29,227 bases of DNA from an uncultured Lachnospiraceae bacterium (GTDB taxonomy: Bacteria; Bacillota; Clostridia; Lachnospirales; Lachnospiraceae), in NCBI GenBank assembly GCA_910588755.1, contig CAJUQZ010000022.1, positions 3,728 to 32,954 of the forward strand, in the 5' to 3' direction. This document shows positions 16,029-22,234 of the stretch, one piece after another (within the stretch, counting starts at the first letter, position 1; the number at the start of each line of letters is the position of its first letter). A program made the translations under genes and the position numbers. Under the pieces are notes generated by a model that was not told the origin of the DNA, searched no databases, and saw nothing but the letters and a program-made list of their open reading frames with translations.

Positions 16029-17027
16029 TTATCCCTTCTTACTTTCTGCCTGCTTCTTTAACCCCACAGTCATTGCGTCCAATATATCATTCTGGGAAAT
16101 AATAAAGCCCAAAAACTGCCTGATCTGTTCCAGATTATCCACAACGCCGCAGTCATCAATCTCCAAAAGCGACATATAGGCCATCGCCACACGATACGCA
16201 ATGAACAATTCCAGGTGATCCCAATAGTGCGCATCACATTCCTTATTCAGTTCATATCCGATCTTAAAATAAGGAAGCATCTCCTCATAAAGCACTTTTC
16301 TGCAGTCTTCCCCCGCCCTGTATCCCATCAAAAAACAGGCCTGGACAAAACTTGCCACATCATACAGATAATTTGCATACGTACATCCATCAAAATCAAA
16401 CAGCCAGATATTATTTTCTTCCACAAAAAAATTATTGATATGAAAATCCCCGTGGCAGATGCCGTACCGACCCAATTCTTCCGGCAGGGCATCTACCTCC
16501 TGCTGGACAGCGCAAATCCTCGTTTCAATCTCAGGCGGAATCTTTTCCTTCACGCGGTTTTTCAGTTCTGCAAAAGTATCACTCATTCTTTTGCGGCTGT
16601 AGCGAATCCCCAGCTCTCTTTCATTGGTGCTGACATGGTGGATTGCCCCCAGCAGGTCGCCCACGCAGATAAAAAACATCGGCTTCATCTCCGTAGTCAG
16701 CTTTATGTTTCCGCGGGCCGTACGGAACATGCTGGCCCGGTACAACCTGCCGTCAATTTCAAATTCCTCAAGCAGAAGTCCATTCAGGGACGCATTAGGC
16801 TCACAAACCGTCTGCTTAAATGGCTTTAAGTCATCTACCCACATCAGTTCGCTTAATATCTCGCTTCTGGTTTTTTTCGGAGAGATACTCACACGGATCA
16901 TATATGGCTTTTCTGAAAAAACGAACGCGTAATTTTGTGTGGAATAACGGCATACCGCCTCCTTGATATCTACCCCGTAGCGTTCCAGCAAAACCTCGCG
17001 TATCTTCTGTTTTAATTCTTCATTCAT
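16029..17027 (-). CDS. APH/choline-kinase-fold phosphotransferase
   Basis: The Brenner/catalytic loop reads ICHGDFHINNFFV and the metal-binding segment reads IWLFDFDGC. Only 8 nt separate its stop from the MATE start. Confidence 0.8.
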   Translation of the reverse strand: MNEELKQKIREVLLERYGVDIKEAVCRYSTQNYAFVFSEKPYMIRVSISPKKTRSEILSELMWVDDLKPFKQTVCEPNASLNGLLLEEFEIDGRLYRASMFRTARGNIKLTTEMKPMFFICVGDLLGAIHHVSTNERELGIRYSRKRMSDTFAELKNRVKEKIPPEIETRICAVQQEVDALPEELGRYGICHGDFHINNFFVEENNIWLFDFDGCTYANYLYDVASFVQACFLMGYRAGEDCRKVLYEEMLPYFKIGYELNKECDAHYWDHLELFIAYRVAMAYMSLLEIDDCGVVDNLEQIRQFLGFIISQNDILDAMTVGLKKQAESKKG

Positions 17028-17159
17028 GCCCTGTTTCTCCCTTTTTCATATTAATATCTGATTACAATACCCTGACAGCTGCCAAATGCAAAGAGAATGC
17101 TATTTTTTCCAGATAAGTCCCTGCCTGTCACAGGCACCATGAAACAACATCCCATTTTT

Positions 17160-17187
17160 ATTGTAGTGAATTGCAGATAAAAGGCAA
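17160..17187 (-). promoter_or_regulatory. Candidate sigma-A promoter for the APH-to-phosphatase operon
   Basis: The minus strand reads TTGCCT (17187-17182), a 16-nt spacer, then TACAAT (17165-17160). This would leave a leader of about 125 nt. It is a weak consensus match. Confidence 0.3.
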
Positions 17188-17246
17188 GCGATCTGGCAGG
17201 AACGTCAATTTTCTGGCAGAAACGAAGTATTCCAAAAAGCACTTGG

Positions 17247-17864
17247 TCAAATTTGCAGGATTTCCTCCTTCCATGCCGCAGTCTGTGAAAATAATTCTTC
17301 CATATTCATTTTCGAAAAATCTGTTGTGTCAACTTTGATTTGTCTGCCACCAACGCAAAAAGCATCAAATCCCCTCTTTTCGATTCCACAGACAAAATCC
17401 TCATAAGAAATCTTTTTCGCTTTCAGGATTTTAGGATCATTCTCTTTCTTTTCCGGATAACAGCCATTCACTACATGCCCCCTGTGCCTGTCAGGGCTGC
17501 TTTCCCGCTCCAAAAAACGCTGGTAAATCGCTTTGTAATCCCCTGTCAGGGTAATGGTCAACGCAAAATATTGATATTTTTCCAAAAGATTTTTCATTCC
17601 CTGTTCTGACGCATATTCAAAATTATTCTCCAGAATCAAAGGTAATCCCGCCTTCATAAGCTAGCCTGCGACATCATACATGATTTCCATACTGGCAACT
17701 CCAAGCTTTACTTTTTCTGCTCTCGACTGAAAACCAACCGTATCAAACAAAAGTTCTTTTATGGCATCCTTTGAAATCACAGGCAGTTTTAATCTTTCTG
17801 ACAGCACTGCTGCCATCGTGCTTTTTCCTGCTGCCGGAATACCTGTCACTATTATACAATACAT
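17247..17864 (-). pseudogene. P-loop kinase-like NTPase (AAA_33/CPT/shikimate-kinase-like fold) interrupted by a single in-frame TAG
   Basis: The N-terminal part reads MYCIIVTGIPAAGKSTMAAVLSERLKLPVISKDAIKE...DVAG and stops at TAG (17663-17661). The same frame continues L-M-KAGLPLILENNFEYASEQ... to 17247. Together the two track ORFs (67 aa and 136 aa) form one protein of about 205 aa. Confidence 0.7.
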
Positions 17865-17867
17865 TTT

Positions 17868-18650
17868 TCATGCTCCTTTGAAATGAACGGTTTCTATTGC
17901 CACGCCAAGTTTCCTTACCTGTTTCACAAAATCCTCAGACACATTCTCGTCCGTAATCAGTAAATCATAATCTTTTACCCGGCATACAGAATGAATGGAA
18001 TTTTTTCCGACCTTCCTGGACGGATATAGCCCAATGTTCATCGTGCTGTTCTTCATAACAGCTTTTCCAAATTCCACACCGGCGGGATCATGAATGGAGG
18101 CTCCAAAGTCAAAAGACAATGCCGCGTGCGATAAAAACGCTTTATCCATGCGGATATTTTTTACCATTTGAATGGTATAAAAATCATGGCAGTGGCCACG
18201 ATGGTTCATTGCACCGCCCAATACGATAACGGATATATTTATTTTTTTTCGCAGCGCCTCAGCGATGGTAACGGAATTTGTCAATACTGTAATAGTTATA
18301 TCATCCGGTAAATTTTCAGCCATATAATACCCAACCAAAGACGTCGTAATATATATAACCTCCTTGTCTTGGATATATTCGATTGCTTTTTTGGCAACTG
18401 CCAGGTGATCCGTCTGTATTTCTTTGATATCGATTGGATTATATGTCGGCGCAGGGTATATTTCTTTTGAATCAATCGCAATGGCACCGCCATGTGTTCT
18501 CTGCAGCAATCCTTTACTTTCCAATACTTTTAAGTCCCGCCTTACACAATCCGCCGAAACTTGATAACATTCCTGAATTTCCGATACCAGGATTCGTCCT
18601 GTCTGGTTGAGCTTATTAAGAATATCCTTCTGTCGTTCTTCCATAAACAT
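17868..18650 (-). CDS. DeoR-family transcriptional regulator (HTH plus DeoR C-terminal sensor domain)
   Basis: The sequence reads MFMEERQKDILNKLNQTGRILVSEIQECYQVSADCVRRDLKVLESKGLLQRTHGGA. A GAGGG SD lies 7 nt upstream of the ATG at 18650. A good promoter lies inside the longer track ORF, so the start at 18743 is rejected. Confidence 0.85.
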   Translation of the reverse strand: MFMEERQKDILNKLNQTGRILVSEIQECYQVSADCVRRDLKVLESKGLLQRTHGGAIAIDSKEIYPAPTYNPIDIKEIQTDHLAVAKKAIEYIQDKEVIYITTSLVGYYMAENLPDDITITVLTNSVTIAEALRKKINISVIVLGGAMNHRGHCHDFYTIQMVKNIRMDKAFLSHAALSFDFGASIHDPAGVEFGKAVMKNSTMNIGLYPSRKVGKNSIHSVCRVKDYDLLITDENVSEDFVKQVRKLGVAIETVHFKGA

Positions 18651-18701
18651 AAGCAATCCCTCGTTTTCGTGTTTGCAATTGTTTTTGTTTACTTGTATTT
18701 G

Positions 18702-18730
18702 ATTATACTTGTTTATTCCTGAATATACAA
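18702..18730 (-). promoter_or_regulatory. Candidate sigma-A promoter of the DeoR gene
   Basis: The minus strand reads TTGTAT (18730-18725), a 17-nt spacer, then TATAAT (18707-18702). Confidence 0.5.
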
Positions 18731-18850
18731 GACTTACTGACAAATATACACTTTATTTTTTGCCGCTGCGCTTTTTCACCATATCTTTCTTCCCATTTGT
18801 CCGATTTGTTCTGATAATTGGCAGTATTCTGTGAGAAAATCAATTTCCTA

Positions 18851-18879
18851 TTGACAACCAAACGATATACTGTTAAAAT
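18851..18879 (+). promoter_or_regulatory. Candidate sigma-A promoter with an extended -10 element
   Basis: The sequence reads TTGACA (18851-18856), a 17-nt spacer ending in TGT, then TAAAAT (18874-18879). Confidence 0.6.
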
Positions 18880-18906
18880 TACACAAAATAAAGGAAGAAT
18901 GATGCT

Positions 18907-19005
18907 ATGATTACATTTTTAATGACCCTGAACAACAAAATGAACCAGCAACAGCAGCAGCTTATTGTCGGAACTGACAACGGGCTTTTTGGGCTGTGTT
19001 CATAA
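18907..19005 (+). CDS. Candidate 32-aa small ORF or leader peptide (MITFLMTLNNKMNQQQQQLIVGTDNGLFGLCS)
   Basis: An AAAGGAAG SD lies about 9 nt upstream. The ORF sits between the promoter at 18851 and the terminator at 19039. No homology is recognisable to me, and this could equally be a non-coding leader RNA. Confidence 0.3.
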   Translation: MITFLMTLNNKMNQQQQQLIVGTDNGLFGLCS

Positions 19006-19038
19006 CAAGTGTCTTATCCTGGTTAATCTGAACGAAAC

Positions 19039-19075
19039 GGTCAAAAGCCTGATATGGGTTTTTGACCTTTTTTAT
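19039..19075 (+). terminator. Rho-independent terminator
   Basis: The stem is GGTCAAAA(gcc)...(ggg)TTTTGACC and is followed by TTTTTTAT. Confidence 0.7.
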
Positions 19076-19084
19076 GCGCAGCGG

Positions 19085-19176
19085 CGAGTAGTGGAGAAGG
19101 TCATTCCCCTACTCGATTGCACACGGGCACCCGGCGCGCGCGAAGGGGAATGGCTTTTCCCCTTCTCAATTTTGAT
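19085..19176 (+). promoter_or_regulatory. Four-segment leader with mutually exclusive hairpins (a putative transcription attenuator) upstream of the MetRS-like gene
   Basis: Segment 1 is CGAGTAGTGGAGAA (19085-19098). Segment 2 is TTCCCCTACTCG (19104-19115). Segment 3 is GAAGGGGAA (19142-19150). Segment 4 is TTCCCCTTC (19157-19165), followed by tcaATTTTgat. The possible pairings are 1:2, 2:3 (TTCCCCT with AGGGGAA) and 3:4 (9 bp, terminator-like). Confidence 0.45.
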
Positions 19177-19216
19177 AATCATTCCATCTGTCAGGAATTT
19201 GGAAAGGAGGTATACC

Positions 19217-21292
19217 ATGCCGGAACAGTCAGAGCTTCCCCAGCAAAAAGGGAAGCCGGTAATCACGAAAACAACGAACAACAGAAAGGAAAAAACGAAT
19301 ATGAGCTGTAAGCGGTTAACTTCAAGTGAACGCCCGACATTTCCCAGACGGGCTGTCATTACGGCAGGTATGCCATATGGAAATAAAAATTTGCACTTTG
19401 GACATGTAGGCGGTATGTTTATACATGCAGATATATTTGCGCGGTTTTTAAGAGACCGGATCGGAAAAGACAATGTGATCTTTCTGTCAGGAACAGACTG
19501 TTATGGCTCTCCTATCATGGAAAGCTATCGCAGGCTGCAAGAAACAGGGTATGAAGGCACGCTGGAGGATTATGTGCGCGCCAACCACGACAGTCAGAAG
19601 AAAACCCTGGAAAATTATGGGATCAGCCTCGATTTCTTTGGCGCGTCGGCCCTGGGGGAGGCCGGTCCGATTCACAGGCAGGTTTCAGCGAAGGTATTTC
19701 ATACCTTATACAAAAATGGATATATTCGTAAAATGTCCATGCCGCAGTTTTATGACGAAGAAAAAAAGATGTTTTTAAACGGAAGACAGGTGACGGGAAA
19801 ATGCCCCATACCAGGATGCGCTTCAGAGAAAGCATACGCCGATGAGTGTTCCCTGGGACATCAGTTTCTGCCTTCGGAGCTGATCAATCCTGTCAGCTGC
19901 CTGTCAAATAAAAAGCCTGTCCTCAAAGATGTGGAGAACTGGTATTTTGATTTGGAATACTGCATTCCTGCAATAAAGGACTATAACGATTTCCTGCGAA
20001 AAAACACCAATACGCGCAAGTATCAGTTAGAGACCGTAGAAGAATTTCTGAAAAAGCCCTTGCTGTATGTCCCAAAAAAGTATATCCATGACCTGGCGGA
20101 ACTGGCGGCAAAGCTGCCCCCGCATAAATTGACCAACGAGGAAAAGAAGCCGTCTGTCGTGTTTGAATTTGAAAATCTGGATGACCGCGACAAGGCGAAA
20201 GATGTACTGGAAGCCAACAGCATTCATTATACTTCCGGAAAGACGCTGGTTCCCTTTCGGCTGTCCGGCAATGTGGAATGGGGCGTACCATTCCCGGAGT
20301 GCGAAGAATTAAAAGACCTCACCTTCTGGGTATGGCCGGAATCGCTGTGGGCGCCGATCTCCTTTACTCTGGCCTATTTGAAAGAACAGGGAAAGGATGA
20401 CGGCTTATCCAGGTGGTGGTATGACGAGGACGCACAAGTTTATCAGTTTATTGGAGAGGATAACATTTATTTCTATGCCATCGCCCAGACGGGGTTATTC
20501 ACAGGGCTGCAGGTTCCCAGGGGGGAAGTCCCGGACATGGAGGCTGTGCATCTGTCCCACATCATAGCGAACCGGCATCTGCTGTATATGGATACAAAAG
20601 CCAGCAGCAGCTCCGATCTAAAGCCTCCCGCGGCAGATGAACTGCTGGATTATTACACCAAAGACCAGCTGCGAATGCACTTTATGAGCCTTGGCCTGTC
20701 CTCCAAAAGTGCAGGTTTTAAGCCGCAGGTATTTATGAAAGAGGAGGACAGGACTGGCGTAGATATGGTTCTGAAAGATGGCAATTTAATCACCAATGTG
20801 TTTAACCGGCTCATCCGAACCTGCTTCTATGCGATTCAGAATAACTATGACGGAAAAATTCCTGCAGGCGATGTGAGTGAATCCATCAGGCTGATGACCG
20901 AAAAAGCGGTTCTTGATTATGAGCGGCACATGTACAACCATGAGTTTCATCGGATTTCTTATGTTTTAGATGACTTTATCCGATCCATAAACAAGCATTG
21001 GGTAAACAACGTGAAGCTTGCGGATGCCACAAGCGACGCGGCATTCAGACATCAGCTCGTCATTGACTGTTTTTATGCCTGTAAGGTTATGGCAGTCCTG
21101 ATTCACCCGATTGCACCGGAAGGATGCGAGATGTTTCGGGAATATCTGAACCTGGGGGAGGAATTGTGGGACTGGCGTACTATATTTGAACCGGTTACTT
21201 ATTATATTGCGGACGTGGAGAAGCATCAATTGAAATATCTGGAACCGAGAGTCGATTTCTTTAAAAAGCATGACTGCCAGCTGGGAATATAA
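19217..21292 (+). CDS. Class I aminoacyl-tRNA-synthetase family protein, MetRS-like (E. coli-type with a zinc knuckle), with a non-canonical KMSKS loop and no C-terminal tRNA-binding appendix
   Basis: The HIGH region reads MPYGNKNLHFGHVGG. Further segments are FLSGTDCYGSPIM, the knuckle KCPIPGCASEKAYADECSLGH, and YQFIGEDNIYFY. The KMSKS position reads DTKASSSS. A strong GGAAAGGAGG SD lies 6 nt before the ATG at 19217. The track ORF start at 18965 would read through a promoter-proximal terminator, so it is rejected. Confidence 0.8.
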   Translation: MPEQSELPQQKGKPVITKTTNNRKEKTNMSCKRLTSSERPTFPRRAVITAGMPYGNKNLHFGHVGGMFIHADIFARFLRDRIGKDNVIFLSGTDCYGSPIMESYRRLQETGYEGTLEDYVRANHDSQKKTLENYGISLDFFGASALGEAGPIHRQVSAKVFHTLYKNGYIRKMSMPQFYDEEKKMFLNGRQVTGKCPIPGCASEKAYADECSLGHQFLPSELINPVSCLSNKKPVLKDVENWYFDLEYCIPAIKDYNDFLRKNTNTRKYQLETVEEFLKKPLLYVPKKYIHDLAELAAKLPPHKLTNEEKKPSVVFEFENLDDRDKAKDVLEANSIHYTSGKTLVPFRLSGNVEWGVPFPECEELKDLTFWVWPESLWAPISFTLAYLKEQGKDDGLSRWWYDEDAQVYQFIGEDNIYFYAIAQTGLFTGLQVPRGEVPDMEAVHLSHIIANRHLLYMDTKASSSSDLKPPAADELLDYYTKDQLRMHFMSLGLSSKSAGFKPQVFMKEEDRTGVDMVLKDGNLITNVFNRLIRTCFYAIQNNYDGKIPAGDVSESIRLMTEKAVLDYERHMYNHEFHRISYVLDDFIRSINKHWVNNVKLADATSDAAFRHQLVIDCFYACKVMAVLIHPIAPEGCEMFREYLNLGEELWDWRTIFEPVTYYIADVEKHQLKYLEPRVDFFKKHDCQLGI

Positions 21293-21450
21293 GCGATACA
21301 GGGGCGAGATTGGAATAATCGGTTTGGAAGGCTACCTTTCTGGTTCATGCGCCGAAATATCGAATGCTTCTACAAATTCTTCCACCTTCTTGGGATCTGA
21401 AATTCTTATATTAAAACTCTAACCAAATAGCGAAAAAGCACAATATATCA

Positions 21451-21479
21451 TTGCAATCTCGCCGGTCATGTGCTATAAT
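21451..21479 (+). promoter_or_regulatory. Candidate sigma-A promoter with an extended -10 element
   Basis: The sequence reads TTGCAA (21451-21456), a 17-nt spacer ending in TGC, then TATAAT (21474-21479). Confidence 0.55.
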
Positions 21480-21529
21480 CTTGCAGTCGTTGACAGCGAC
21501 AGATGAGTATTTGAGGAGAGATTTATATT

Positions 21530-21889
21530 ATGAAAAACAGGAAAATGATTCGCGGAGTGATCTTAGCCGTACTGCTGCTGTGCACAGCTTTTTTGGTCTA
21601 TCAAATCATAGCGAACCCATTCAGTGAACACGACGTTGTTCTTGCGCTTGCAGTTACAGCGGGTTTTATTGCATTGTGGGAGGATCAGAAAAAGAACAAT
21701 AGCTTTCCGGTTTGTCAATTTCCAGAGACGGAGCAATCCGCCCCGGAAAATATTGTTCGCACACCGTATGCGGCTAACAAATATACGGTTCGAAAATATT
21801 GCCCGCTTACCGGAAGCGTCAAACAACCATTCGGGCCCGAAAGAATAATGTTAAAAGAAATCATATCTGCCAGCTTACTGCAGATATGA
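21530..21889 (+). CDS. Small hypothetical membrane protein (119 aa, two predicted TM segments)
   Basis: A GAGGAGAG SD lies upstream. The N-terminus reads MKNRKMIRGVILAVLLLCTAFLVYQII...VVLALAVTAGFIALW. The 3' end is embedded in the terminator stem. Confidence 0.55.
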   Translation: MKNRKMIRGVILAVLLLCTAFLVYQIIANPFSEHDVVLALAVTAGFIALWEDQKKNNSFPVCQFPETEQSAPENIVRTPYAANKYTVRKYCPLTGSVKQPFGPERIMLKEIISASLLQI

Positions 21890-21901
21890 TTTCTTTTTTT
21901 G
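21854..21901. terminator. Strong bidirectional rho-independent terminator shared by convergent transcription units
   Basis: A perfect 17-bp stem pairs AAAGAAATCATATCTGC (21854-21870) with GCAGATATGATTTCTTT (21880-21896) around a 9-nt loop. A T-run follows on the plus strand and TTTT follows on the minus strand. Confidence 0.85.
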
Positions 21902-21920
21902 TCCTCTTAATTTACTTCCC

Positions 21921-22223
21921 TTATTTCCCGCGAACGTCCAGCTTCTTGTCAAAGCCTGCAAGCTTAAAGACCTCCATCACCTCGCTGCCCACATTCACCA
22001 CGCAGAATGTCCCGCCTGCCGCCTGCATCTTCTTGTAGGCGGCGAGCACCTCCCGCAGGCCGGACGAGGCGATGTACTCGAGCCTGTCAAAATCCAGTAC
22101 CAGCTCCTTGACCTCTGAAAGCGCGCCGATCTCCTTTCCAAGCTCCGGTGATGATTTCGTGTCGAGCCATCCCTCCACGGCGAGAACGACCTTGTCATTT
22201 TCTAACGTTTTTGTGATTGTCAT
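21921..22223 (-). CDS. STAS-domain anti-sigma-factor antagonist (SpoIIAA/RsbV-like), copy 2
   Basis: The sequence reads MTITKTLENDKVVLAVEGWLDTKSSPELGKEI...LDFDRLEYIASSGLREVLAAYKKMQAAGGTFCVVNVGSEVMEVFKLAGF. The S-x-G-L motif is present. An AAGGAGGAG SD lies upstream. Confidence 0.9.
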   Translation of the reverse strand: MTITKTLENDKVVLAVEGWLDTKSSPELGKEIGALSEVKELVLDFDRLEYIASSGLREVLAAYKKMQAAGGTFCVVNVGSEVMEVFKLAGFDKKLDVRGK

Positions 22224-22234
22224 ATTGCTCCTCC

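Noticed and set aside
17051-17242. 63-aa minus-strand ORF in the gap between the P-loop kinase gene and the APH gene
   Set aside because: It has no convincing SD and a hydrophobic, Cys-rich nonsense-like translation. The region is better explained as the promoter and leader of the downstream operon.
17658-17663. Pyrrolysine or programmed read-through at the in-frame TAG
   Set aside because: No pyl genes or PYLIS-like context can be seen in the window. A pseudogene or a sequencing error is the more economical explanation, so it is kept only as a low-priority check.
18651-18743. N-terminal extension of the DeoR ORF (track start at 18743)
   Set aside because: A promoter (TTGTAT, 17-nt spacer, TATAAT) lies inside this extension. 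A GAGGG SD precedes the ATG at 18650, and the HTH begins right after that Met.
18965-19216. N-terminal extension of the MetRS-like ORF (TTG start at 18965)
   Set aside because: It would begin inside the small ORF and read through an intrinsic terminator and the attenuator hairpins. A strong GGAAAGGAGG SD precedes the ATG at 19217.
18880-19216. T-box riboswitch upstream of the aaRS-like gene
   Set aside because: This is what a Firmicute aaRS leader would be expected to carry. I could not find the conserved T-box motif (GGGTGGTACCGCG-like) or an obvious specifier-loop/GA-motif layout, so I report only generic alternative hairpins. An Infernal scan is needed.
21332-21418. Short minus-strand coding-like remnant (…ISDPKKVEEFVEAFDISAHEPER*)
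   Set aside because: It is only about 28 codons long, is bounded by an upstream in-frame stop and has no start codon. It may be a gene fragment left at the island border, but it is too short to assign.
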